Origin: a virus | Virus record (IMG/VR): IMGVR_UViG_3300026097_001223 | Span: 96,001 to 160,000 of that record | Length of the DNA: 64,000 nt | Strand: one strand, 5' to 3' | In this document: positions 43,827 to 52,267 of the stretch, one piece after another | Layout of the letters: each line of letters starts with the position of its first letter | How positions within the stretch are numbered: position 1 is the stretch's first letter | Notes under the pieces: model-generated | Seen by the model: only the letters and a program-made list of their open reading frames with translations | Told to the model about the DNA's origin: nothing | The model's database searches: none | Made by a program: the position numbers and the translations under genes

Positions 43827-44558
43827 ATGGATAAGTTTAAAATTTATGATAATGATAAAAATCTCGGCAGACCATACAAAACAAAATGGGCTGGGATGGA
43901 CAATGAAGATTTGTTCAATCATAATAAAAAACTTATGGAAAAAACAAGTCCGCATTGGATATATTTTACTAAAGATGTCTCTTACATAAGAAACAGCAAC
44001 GGATTTAGAGAAAAATCATTTTCAGACGTTGACTGGGTAAACAGTATTGTGCTGTTTGGATGCTCGACTGTCGAAGGAGTAGGCGTAGCTGAAGAAGACA
44101 GTCTGCCCCGACAATTAGAATCGTTAATGAATATTCCAGTTGTAAACATGGGCATAGGAGGAGCAGCTGTAGATATAACATGCTGGAACTCTACAATTTT
44201 ACATGATCACTACCCTATTCCTCGAGCTATTGTGCATGTCTGGACTGGACTAGATAGATACAGCGACCTAACGGATGCCGGCACTTACAAAAAATCAAAT
44301 CCAACCAGTAACGATTATCAAATTGTCCTAAATTGGGCACATAGGTCATTGGAATACATTAGGTCTGACAGAGCCATGTGGAAAAACAAAACTTTTTATA
44401 TTGAAGGAACCTACTTTCGCGGAAACTACGACGATCGGATAATGAAATTTAAAACAATTGATCTAGCCAGAGACTTATCGCATCCTGGTATACAAAGTCA
44501 CAAACAAGCAGCCGCGAAAATAAAAGAAAGATTGTTAGAACAAGGGTTTCGCAAGTGA
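43827..44558 (+). CDS. SGNH hydrolase-like protein
   Basis: LFGCSTVEGVG, NMGIGGA, RDLSHPG. Confidence 0.65.
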   Translation: MDKFKIYDNDKNLGRPYKTKWAGMDNEDLFNHNKKLMEKTSPHWIYFTKDVSYIRNSNGFREKSFSDVDWVNSIVLFGCSTVEGVGVAEEDSLPRQLESLMNIPVVNMGIGGAAVDITCWNSTILHDHYPIPRAIVHVWTGLDRYSDLTDAGTYKKSNPTSNDYQIVLNWAHRSLEYIRSDRAMWKNKTFYIEGTYFRGNYDDRIMKFKTIDLARDLSHPGIQSHKQAAAKIKERLLEQGFRK

Positions 44559-44607
44559 ATGGTTTATATATTGTTCTAGTACATTTATTATTTTTACAAC
44601 ATAAAGG

Positions 44608-44636
44608 TTGCAATACCAGTATAACTAGCATATAAT
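44608..44636 (+). promoter_or_regulatory. Sigma70-type promoter
   Basis: TTGCAA-17-TATAAT. Confidence 0.75.
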
Positions 44637-44641
44637 ACTAG

Positions 44642-44730
44642 TATGCTGTAAAAAGCATATCCGCTGCTCAATTCCCACTGAGCACCGTCAAGAAGGTTGA
44701 CTCCCAATCAACCTTCTTGCTTTGCTTACT
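44642..44730 (+). ncRNA. Candidate small structured RNA or leader (three hairpins)
   Basis: TATGCT/AGCATA, TGCTCA/TGAGCA and the 12-bp CAAGAAGGTTGA/TCAACCTTCTTG, followed by a T-rich tail. Confidence 0.45.
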
Positions 44731-44740
44731 TGGAGATAAT

Positions 44741-45064
44741 ATGGATCTATTTTTACAATTTTTGACAACCATGGCCATAATGTATGCATTCATGCGTGTA
44801 GGACATTCGCTATCCAGTATACCACAAGAAGATTTAGAGCCAGTGGACGAAGATAATTTTGTAATTCTAGGTTACATTACACGGGAACAGGATGTCTTTT
44901 ATGTGTGGAATTATGCCACAGATGAATTTCTTGGACAAGGCCGAACAAAGCATGAGCTCGAAGGTCATTTGCGAAGCAATTTGGATGAGTTGTATCAGCA
45001 GCTAAACATTGTAGACAAAGACAACGGAATCACTCTGCAGGCATATCGTGAGCTTAACCAATAA
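44741..45064 (+). CDS. Hypothetical protein with an N-terminal TM
   Basis: SD GGAG; ATG at 44741. Confidence 0.6.
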   Translation: MDLFLQFLTTMAIMYAFMRVGHSLSSIPQEDLEPVDEDNFVILGYITREQDVFYVWNYATDEFLGQGRTKHELEGHLRSNLDELYQQLNIVDKDNGITLQAYRELNQ

Positions 45065-45248
45065 TATCATTACACTACCTCAAGAGAAAACATTAATAGA
45101 ATGGTTTCACTGGCTGAGCAATCATGGATTTTATATCAAAGAACACTACGGATGGGTAAGTACAGACACAGGACTTGGTGTCCAGTTTTTCAAAGAAAGT
45201 CATGCTAACAGTGTTAGAAGTTTAATGGTTCTTAAACGCAATACGTAA
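45048..45248 (+). CDS. Hypothetical protein
   Basis: Overlapping GTG-start ORF. Confidence 0.45.
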   Translation: MSLTNNIITLPQEKTLIEWFHWLSNHGFYIKEHYGWVSTDTGLGVQFFKESHANSVRSLMVLKRNT

Positions 45249-45265
45249 CTCTATCGGAGAGATAA

Positions 45266-45550
45266 ATGAGTGTTAAAAATTTAGCCAACGAAGCAGAACG
45301 CATGCTTGCAAATCTTTCTCTGAGAGATAAGTACAACCTATTTGAAATTGTGTTGCAACAGCTCGGAAAACGACAATCACCCGAGAAACAAGCAGAACTT
45401 AATGCGGTGTATCGGGCAATAGTGCAAGATCGAGACACTGACAAGACCACGCTTAGGCAAAAAGAACGTGGGTATCAGAACAGTATCAGTGATGACATAC
45501 GTGGCGGTGATTTGACTGGCAATGCTCGGAAAAACAGGAAAAAGGCATGA
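45266..45550 (+). CDS. Hypothetical protein
   Basis: SD GGAG. Confidence 0.6.
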   Translation: MSVKNLANEAERMLANLSLRDKYNLFEIVLQQLGKRQSPEKQAELNAVYRAIVQDRDTDKTTLRQKERGYQNSISDDIRGGDLTGNARKNRKKA

Positions 45551-46251
45551 AAGCACGAATTAGAAAGTACCCAACTTGGTTTGGTCCACATCACTTAGTT
45601 GAAAAGATCTTCTTCTGGGCAGAAAGCTGGGATGAATACGGATTGCCAGATCGTCCACAGTGGGTCCACAATGCCGGATCGTGGTATGCGGATACCTGGC
45701 TGGGTAGAGGACATTCTTGGTTGGCTGAACGGTATATGGCGTGGCAGGAAGGTCGTCGTGTGAGTGTAAAACTTGATTCCTGGGATACTTGGAATGCCGA
45801 CGACACACTGGCACATATTGTGTTGCCTATGCTGGTTGATCTTAAACTGACCAAGCAAGGTGCTCCTAATGTTGATCCGGAAGATGTTCCAGAGAATCTT
45901 CGACCAGGCAAACTTGAAGTAGAACAGTACAAGATGGATGGCACCGCAGATGCACTGTTCTTTAAGCGTTGGGATTATGTCCTAGACGAAATGATTTGGG
46001 CGTTCTCAGAACATGTCAAAGATTACGACGAAGCAGAAGGACGGTTCCACACAGGCACAATTGACATGTTAAGTGTGCCCGTTGACGAAGCGGGCAATGA
46101 AGTTGCCGAGAAAGATGCCAAATACTTCCGCATGGATCGTGGACCCAACGACACCAGCCATTTTGACAAAGCAGGCTGGGAAGTGTATCATAATCGCAAG
46201 CAGAACGGATTCAGACTTTTTGGCAAATACTACACCTGTCTGTGGAGTTAA
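45547..46251 (+). CDS. Conserved phage hypothetical protein
   Basis: WNADDTLAHIVLPML..LK..KQGAP.VD.EDVPE.LR...RWDYVLDEMIWAF. Confidence 0.7.
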   Translation: MKARIRKYPTWFGPHHLVEKIFFWAESWDEYGLPDRPQWVHNAGSWYADTWLGRGHSWLAERYMAWQEGRRVSVKLDSWDTWNADDTLAHIVLPMLVDLKLTKQGAPNVDPEDVPENLRPGKLEVEQYKMDGTADALFFKRWDYVLDEMIWAFSEHVKDYDEAEGRFHTGTIDMLSVPVDEAGNEVAEKDAKYFRMDRGPNDTSHFDKAGWEVYHNRKQNGFRLFGKYYTCLWS

Positions 46252-46276
46252 ATATCGCCACACCTACTGAGGCACT

Positions 46277-46699
46277 ATGAATAAAATGGAACAAGTATTA
46301 AGCGAAAAACCTGACATTGAACAGGAGCATGTTCATGTTGACGAAGACAGTCCTCGTATTAGCACACGAGCCACTCAGCTGGCTATGGAGTTGTCAAAAG
46401 AGAAAAAACGTCTCAACGAAGAACTCAGTGCCCTGCAAGCAGAATATGAAAATCTTGCTCCTACTACACCAGTAGGAACCGTTGACTGGTATATCAAATG
46501 GGTAGCAGTGGTTGCGGCTGTGAGCGGTATTTTCATTACCAGTGCTGGCCTTTTTATTGTCGGGCAACTGTTGTATCTACTGGGCAGTATAAGTTGGACA
46601 GTTGTTGGTATCTACTGGAATGACAAGGCCATTATACTGGGCAGTATTATTCCTGCAACTGCTGTAGCACTCAACTTAGTTAGGACACTGTTTTCGTGA
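46277..46699 (+). CDS. Coiled coil fused to a DUF6552-like 3-TM domain
   Basis: WYIKWVA...LG...W..VG..WNDKAII; TAAATA at 46249. Confidence 0.6.
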   Translation: MNKMEQVLSEKPDIEQEHVHVDEDSPRISTRATQLAMELSKEKKRLNEELSALQAEYENLAPTTPVGTVDWYIKWVAVVAAVSGIFITSAGLFIVGQLLYLLGSISWTVVGIYWNDKAIILGSIIPATAVALNLVRTLFS

Positions 46700-47145
46700 C
46701 TGCACCGAAACGTAGAAAGCCTGATAATGTAGCCGATAATCCAATGGACAAAGCATACGGTACTAATGTTGGTGCCCCTGCTATTACTTTACCCGATGTA
46801 GACGGATATAAAAAAGGCATTGCAGCAGAAGCCAGTCATAGATTTCACACACGCTATCGAGAGCTAGAGCAAGAGTATATAACACTTATGGAAGAAGCTG
46901 AATATAACGACAGACTTATAAATGCAACCATTGCATTCAAGCCAACCATCGGCACAGTGTACTATCTTTACAACAACGGCAATGATTTCATCAGCATGCT
47001 TTCCCCCGACGACTGGGGCGAAAGTTATATGCAAAATAAAACTTTTGTTGGCGCTTTTTGCATCATGTCGGACAATGTTTGGAAGCAGATTCCTTATCCT
47101 CCTGAACCAGATAAAACCATTGATTCTTTTATAGAAAAAGATTGA
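46696..47145 (+). CDS. DUF2452-like protein
   Basis: KPDNVADNP...YGTNVGAP...F.PTIG..YYLY...SMLSP.DW. Confidence 0.6.
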   Translation: MTAPKRRKPDNVADNPMDKAYGTNVGAPAITLPDVDGYKKGIAAEASHRFHTRYRELEQEYITLMEEAEYNDRLINATIAFKPTIGTVYYLYNNGNDFISMLSPDDWGESYMQNKTFVGAFCIMSDNVWKQIPYPPEPDKTIDSFIEKD

Positions 47146-47173
47146 CAACTCGGATCCTTTTTGCTACTATAAT
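47142..47173 (+). promoter_or_regulatory. Sigma70-type promoter
   Basis: TTGACA-17-TACTAT with an overlapping TATAAT. Confidence 0.65.
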
Positions 47174-47201
47174 TGCATAGTTAGGACAAAGGACACACAG
47201 T

Positions 47202-47834
47202 ATGTTTTCGCAAGAACAAGTTTGGGCAGGCGCTGTTATGGCACACAAACTCAACGGTGGGTACTATAATAAAACACGTTGTTTTTATGAAGGCAGCCTT
47301 GACAAACACCAGCGACGCAGTAACACTGCACTGATCATGAGTGCGCTCAAAGAAGAAAGCGACTTTGACCCAGGGTTAATCAAACAAGGTCAAACTGTTC
47401 GCTCTTATCTCAGTCGAATCTACACAGGCAAAAGTCTTGCCAGCAATCTCAATGAGTTCGAAAGCAAAGATGCTAGTGTGATCAGTAAAACCGAGTTCGG
47501 CACAGACGATGTGTTTGACGTAGCCAACGTGGCCCGTTTGATTCAACGCTATGAAGAGTTTCTTGCCACAGAACACTGTTTGAGTCGTGTTCCTGAAAAC
47601 TGCATAGGCGAAGTCAAGCAACGCAGAGATTTTGATATGTCAGTTGTAAGCAGTACCTACAGTACAAAATACGACAGTTATATTGTAAAAGGCATTGTCA
47701 ATGACAAAGTGCCTGTAATGTTCTTCTATAAGAAGCCTTTGGAAAATAACATCACAGTGTCAGCTCGTGCTACTGTTAAACGTTATAGTCCAGACATTGT
47801 TCAACTAAATCGAGTAATCATAAACGAGGGATAA
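47202..47834 (+). CDS. Hypothetical protein
   Basis: 210-aa ORF downstream of the promoter. Confidence 0.65.
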   Translation: MFSQEQVWAGAVMAHKLNGGYYNKTRCFYEGSLDKHQRRSNTALIMSALKEESDFDPGLIKQGQTVRSYLSRIYTGKSLASNLNEFESKDASVISKTEFGTDDVFDVANVARLIQRYEEFLATEHCLSRVPENCIGEVKQRRDFDMSVVSSTYSTKYDSYIVKGIVNDKVPVMFFYKKPLENNITVSARATVKRYSPDIVQLNRVIINEG

Positions 47835-47836
47835 TC

Positions 47837-48142
47837 ATGAGTGAACGCACATACACTGTAGCAGGTACAGCACGTCAAAATGGCATTGTAAAAACACGCT
47901 TTGCTAACGACTTTTACAATAGGATTAAAATCCTAAACAAAGCTGGGTGCAAAGATATCAAGCTAGTAGAACTGCCAGAACCAATGAGCAAACTACAGGC
48001 TTTGCAGTATATCAAGAATCTGCCTGACTTCCAGGATTCAGACAGTGCCATGGCTATTGACATCAAACTGGATGAAAAAATTGCCATTGCCAAGAAAAAT
48101 GCTTACAAACAGGTTTCTAGTAAAGTGGCAGCGTTGGCATAA
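47837..48142 (+). CDS. Conserved phage hypothetical protein
   Basis: YTVAGTA...KTRFAND..RIKIL.K.G..DI.LVELPEPMSK. Confidence 0.7.
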   Translation: MSERTYTVAGTARQNGIVKTRFANDFYNRIKILNKAGCKDIKLVELPEPMSKLQALQYIKNLPDFQDSDSAMAIDIKLDEKIAIAKKNAYKQVSSKVAALA

Positions 48143-48144
48143 GT

Positions 48145-48393
48145 ATGGACATGGACGAAGAAACAGAAGACGAAGGCATACATAATACCATACTTGATGT
48201 GTTAAGTGTATTGCTGGTGCACGGCTATGATCAAGTGAACATTGGTGGCTTGATGCGCATTCTCGGTGTCGAGCCAGAAATAGCCGAACCTTATGATTCT
48301 GTTGATGTGCCTATCTTAGATGGGTTAGAAAACACGGAACAGCTGATTATGACAGCAGTTTCGCAAGACACAGGCAATACAACAATACACTAA
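48145..48393 (+). CDS. Acidic hypothetical protein
   Basis: ORF in the operon. Confidence 0.6.
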   Translation: MDMDEETEDEGIHNTILDVLSVLLVHGYDQVNIGGLMRILGVEPEIAEPYDSVDVPILDGLENTEQLIMTAVSQDTGNTTIH

Positions 48394-48674
48394 TGCAATC
48401 TTTTTTATCTGTGTGGACGGAAGGCTATCGCACCGATCGATTGGCTTTCTACCTTGAATTTATCAGTTTTGTTTTCACTGTAGTAGCCAGTTTAACTCTT
48501 GCAATAAATGCAAATGCACCCAATATGATGGTTGTGTATCCTGCTTTCTTTGTTGGAGCAGTGACACAGTGTGTTGCAAGTTATCGACGCGGCGCAGCCT
48601 GGGTAATGCTGTTGACTTTTTATTTTAGTATAATAAACACGTTTGGCTTTGGAAGAGCCATCGGATGGTGGTAG
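48393..48674 (+). CDS. Small 3-TM membrane protein
   Basis: TAATG overlap; three hydrophobic segments with a central YP. Confidence 0.65.
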   Translation: MQSFLSVWTEGYRTDRLAFYLEFISFVFTVVASLTLAINANAPNMMVVYPAFFVGAVTQCVASYRRGAAWVMLLTFYFSIINTFGFGRAIGWW

Positions 48675-48675
48675 C

Positions 48676-49764
48676 ATGAGCAATTACCCAACAGTAAACA
48701 GTCACAATAGCTGGAGTCGGTTGGAAGAAGTGATGCTGGGCGATGTGTATCCAGACTCTTGGTACAGTCACTTGCCAGACGAAATCGAAGACACGTTCTG
48801 TCGACTCAGTGAGATAACTCGTGCAGATCTCGCAATAATTGAAAACAAATTGCAAGAATTTGGTGTTCAAGTGCGTAGGCCAAACTATGAAAAAATTGAG
48901 AATCATCTTGCGCCAGACACTGAAACTCTTAAAAAGCCTGACATTACGCCCAGAGACTACTGCGTGGTAATCGGCAATCAGTTAGTAATTGGTAACCCTA
49001 GAACGTTCGAAATACCGGAATCGCCGTGGCATTACCTTTATCAAGAATACGGCCTCAGTTGTGTTAACAGTCATGACTTGGAACGCAGCGTAAGCGGCAA
49101 AGAAATGATCAACTGGCACCGCGGGTTTAACGGAGCCAATGTTGTTAGATACGGAGACACTATTCTCTGGGATAATCCTTCGTTGCCCGATGATAAAAAA
49201 GCACAAGCAACGACGGATCTACAAACATTGTTTCCTGACTACAAGTTCCACATTGTGGACAATGGCGGCCATATAGATGGCTGTTTTCACACTGTGCGCC
49301 CGGGACTGCTATTAACTTCTCACTATTTCGACGATTACGAAACATATTTTCCAGGTTGGGAGTGCATTGCAATTCACGGCGAGCCAGAATTTGCTCGACA
49401 CAACAACAACGGGAAAATAGACACTAGGCAAGTATATGGAAATGGACGCTGGTGGCTTAAAGGTGTTGACATGCCAATGTCCTTTAATAAACACATTGTG
49501 CAGTTTGCGCATGACTGGGTAGGTGAACCACAAGAAACATACTTTGAAGTAAATGCATTGGTTGTTGATGAGAAAAATATTCTTATTTTAGGTGAAAACG
49601 ATGCAGTATTTAGACGCTTTGAAGAATTAGGAATCACTGCACACAGTGTGCCATTTAGAGCAAGAACATTTTGGGATGGCGGACTTCACTGTCTGACAGT
49701 GGATGTGCGCAGACAAAGCAAGATAGAAAACGTTTTTGAGATTGACACAAGCCAGTATCTCTAG
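48676..49764 (+). CDS. Second amidinotransferase-family protein
   Basis: NSWSRLEEVMLG, TPRD, HIDG, FEVNAL, DGGLHCLTVD; start MSNYP. Confidence 0.88.
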   Translation: MSNYPTVNSHNSWSRLEEVMLGDVYPDSWYSHLPDEIEDTFCRLSEITRADLAIIENKLQEFGVQVRRPNYEKIENHLAPDTETLKKPDITPRDYCVVIGNQLVIGNPRTFEIPESPWHYLYQEYGLSCVNSHDLERSVSGKEMINWHRGFNGANVVRYGDTILWDNPSLPDDKKAQATTDLQTLFPDYKFHIVDNGGHIDGCFHTVRPGLLLTSHYFDDYETYFPGWECIAIHGEPEFARHNNNGKIDTRQVYGNGRWWLKGVDMPMSFNKHIVQFAHDWVGEPQETYFEVNALVVDEKNILILGENDAVFRRFEELGITAHSVPFRARTFWDGGLHCLTVDVRRQSKIENVFEIDTSQYL

Positions 49765-49789
49765 TAGTATTAAAGCTTGGGGGTAACCA

Positions 49790-50158
49790 ATGAACAATAT
49801 AGATCTAAGCAACATGACATTCGATCTTGATCACAGTGATTTTGCTACGGTGACTGTTCCTGACGACACTATTGATCTTGGCATGTTTGATGCCGACAGC
49901 TTAACAATCAGTCTCAGCGACGATTGGCTATCTTCAAGCAATGTGCAAAGACTAACTGGCCCGGACGCTGATTTAGAAATCAATGGCAAGAGTGTGTTAC
50001 AAACTCTTGAACGACTGGAGCAAAGACTGGCAATCATTGAAGAAAATCCAGAGCTAGAAGATGACTGGCAGGAATTAAAGTCTCTAGGCGATCAGTATCG
50101 TGCTCTTGAAGCAGAAATCAACAACAAACTCAAAACTTACAATACCTTAAAGGACTAG
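49790..50158 (+). CDS. Hypothetical protein
   Basis: ADLEINGKS...LEQRLAII...ELE..W.ELK.LGDQYR.LE. Confidence 0.65.
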   Translation: MNNIDLSNMTFDLDHSDFATVTVPDDTIDLGMFDADSLTISLSDDWLSSSNVQRLTGPDADLEINGKSVLQTLERLEQRLAIIEENPELEDDWQELKSLGDQYRALEAEINNKLKTYNTLKD

Positions 50159-50161
50159 TGT

Positions 50162-50602
50162 ATGACCATGCATCTAGCACAGGGATTAAGTACCCTGCAA
50201 ACACGCAAGCCAACTGCGCCGAAGCTTACAAAAACCAAGCGCAAAAAACTACAAGAAGAGTTACGACTGTACAATAAAAAAATGAAGCAGCAAGGACGCC
50301 ACAGCGAACAGTTAGATTTTGACAGCTATGTTCAGAAACTGCATGGTAAATTAGACACTGTAGCACGAGCAGATCGGCAAATGGCCACAGAAGTAAAAAC
50401 ATTTGAGTACAAACTACCAGATACCAGCCGCAATCGCCAATACAAAAGTCATGACAGTGGCAAGGGATTTGCGGCCATGCCGCAGCGCAAGGAGTACACA
50501 GGTACACTGGTCAAAGGAATTGCTACAATGCACAAATCAAACGCAGTGCCTGTTATCTCAGACGAAGAAGCAGAAAGCATATCTAAAATGCGTAGAAACT
50601 AA
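50162..50602 (+). CDS. Conserved basic phage protein
   Basis: MTMHL...YTGTLVKGIATMHKSNAVPV. Confidence 0.7.
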   Translation: MTMHLAQGLSTLQTRKPTAPKLTKTKRKKLQEELRLYNKKMKQQGRHSEQLDFDSYVQKLHGKLDTVARADRQMATEVKTFEYKLPDTSRNRQYKSHDSGKGFAAMPQRKEYTGTLVKGIATMHKSNAVPVISDEEAESISKMRRN

Positions 50603-50613
50603 ACAGGAATACA

Positions 50614-51231
50614 ATGCTTTTACAAGAATATTTGCTACGGCAAGCACTCAAAGAATACGATATTGTTGATGCTGAGATACAGATAGATCACAAAAATGGT
50701 AAAAATACCGTGAACTCTATTGAACTAGGTATCAAATATCCACAGGAATACTTGGAAAAAATTTCAACTCTTAATCAAGATAAACTGTATGATTATGGAT
50801 TTGTGGGTTCCTTAACGGACGGAAAAGGTAGAAAAGAAATACTAGAAAAATATCATATCTTGAACAGTAAAATCAGTCATTCTAGCAATGGTAGAAATCC
50901 CAAAGTAAAATATGGATTTGACACTGAATACTATCAAACAATGGTTAATTCTAAATTCAGTCTTTGCCCAGGGCATCCTGCAATGCCAAAGCATCCTAAT
51001 CGCTGGACATATAGATTTATTGAAAGTGCTTTTTGTAGATCAATACCAGTAAATTTCAAAGAAACTGTGTACGGGGATAACTTTGTTAAAGATATATTTT
51101 TTGTATGGGATGATGATGTTCCTTGCGAGATCAAAGATTACAACGCTATAGTAGAGCAAAATTATATCACAGCGGTTACACGTTGGACTTTACAACCTAG
51201 TGAAGCAGAATTAATCAAAAAGAATAGTTAA
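50614..51231 (+). CDS. Exostosin (GT47)-like glycosyltransferase fragment
   Basis: YGFVGS...RKEIL...Y...MVNSKFSLCPG...WTYRFIES..C.SIPV. Confidence 0.6.
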   Translation: MLLQEYLLRQALKEYDIVDAEIQIDHKNGKNTVNSIELGIKYPQEYLEKISTLNQDKLYDYGFVGSLTDGKGRKEILEKYHILNSKISHSSNGRNPKVKYGFDTEYYQTMVNSKFSLCPGHPAMPKHPNRWTYRFIESAFCRSIPVNFKETVYGDNFVKDIFFVWDDDVPCEIKDYNAIVEQNYITAVTRWTLQPSEAELIKKNS

Positions 51232-51826
51232 AATAATTTATGGTGTTTTTGTATACTTTTTCGACTTTTTCTTTTGTACTGTTTGAATATAAATTTCTAT
51301 AATCTTTTTCTGTGCGAAAGCCGGTCTTGAGTTTTGTAGTTTTAAGTTCATTGTTATATGATAACCCTATTCTGGATAACACGAATTCAAAATCTGTTTC
51401 TAGTTGATTGTATTGCATAACATAATTGACTAGAGGAACATTATTTTCTGTATACAGTCTCCATCCCCCCATATGAGAAATTTTTTTATCATTTAATACA
51501 AAATTTTCAAAACCTTTTTCTGTTCGTTTAGGGTCACGACTCATAGCCCAATAATACTGGCTTACTACTTTATCCCAAGGATTTCGTTCGACTGTAAATT
51601 TAAAAAAATTATTATATTCTATCGGAAAGTGTTGTTTTACAAATAAGATACTATGATGTTCAATATTTTTATGAGTATTCACTGGGGGCATATTTTCCGT
51701 GCCCATTCCGCCAAATACTAAATTATCATCATCGGATATCTTATCTAACAATATTTTTTCAATACTAGATCCTGCTGTTTTTTGTGTTTTTATAAAAATA
51801 AACTTGTATTTTGGCGAAATAATCAT
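51215..51826 (-). CDS. Sulfotransferase family 2 protein
   Basis: FIFIKTQKTAGSSIE, FTVERNPWDKVVSQY; TAAATA 6 nt upstream. Confidence 0.82.
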   Translation of the reverse strand: MIISPKYKFIFIKTQKTAGSSIEKILLDKISDDDNLVFGGMGTENMPPVNTHKNIEHHSILFVKQHFPIEYNNFFKFTVERNPWDKVVSQYYWAMSRDPKRTEKGFENFVLNDKKISHMGGWRLYTENNVPLVNYVMQYNQLETDFEFVLSRIGLSYNNELKTTKLKTGFRTEKDYRNLYSNSTKEKVEKVYKNTINYFNYSF

Positions 51827-51903
51827 TAAACTTATTTATTATATTACAAGGACTAGTAGCATTAAGCCTAGATAAATATCTACAAGGAAAAAGTTAAATT
51901 ACT

Positions 51904-52230
51904 ATGATTAATATAACAGAACCAGCTCAGGCCAAACTGCGTGAACTCCTAGACAGCCAAGACGAAGAAAATCTACGTTTTCGAGTGTTTGTCCAAGGCG
52001 GAGGTTGCTCGGGATTTCGTTATGGATTTACCTTTGACGATCAAATCATTGATGGTCAAGATTGGACCTTTGATGCAGGTGATGTCCCTTGTGTTGTAGA
52101 CCAACTCAGCTACAGCTACCTATCAGAAGCCGTGGTTGACTTTGAAGACTCGCCTTTTAACAGCTCTTTTATTGTTAAGAATCCCAAGGCCGTGAGCACC
52201 TGTGGGTGTGGCGAAAGCTTTGCAGTGTGA
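51904..52230 (+). CDS. erpA: Fe-S cluster insertion protein, ErpA/IscA (HesB) family
   Basis: RVFVQGGGCSGFRY, VDQLS..YL, NPKAVSTCGCGESF. Confidence 0.92.
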   Translation: MINITEPAQAKLRELLDSQDEENLRFRVFVQGGGCSGFRYGFTFDDQIIDGQDWTFDAGDVPCVVDQLSYSYLSEAVVDFEDSPFNSSFIVKNPKAVSTCGCGESFAV

Positions 52231-52267
52231 TGCTTCGGTAGACTAAATAGTTTACTGAGGTATTATA

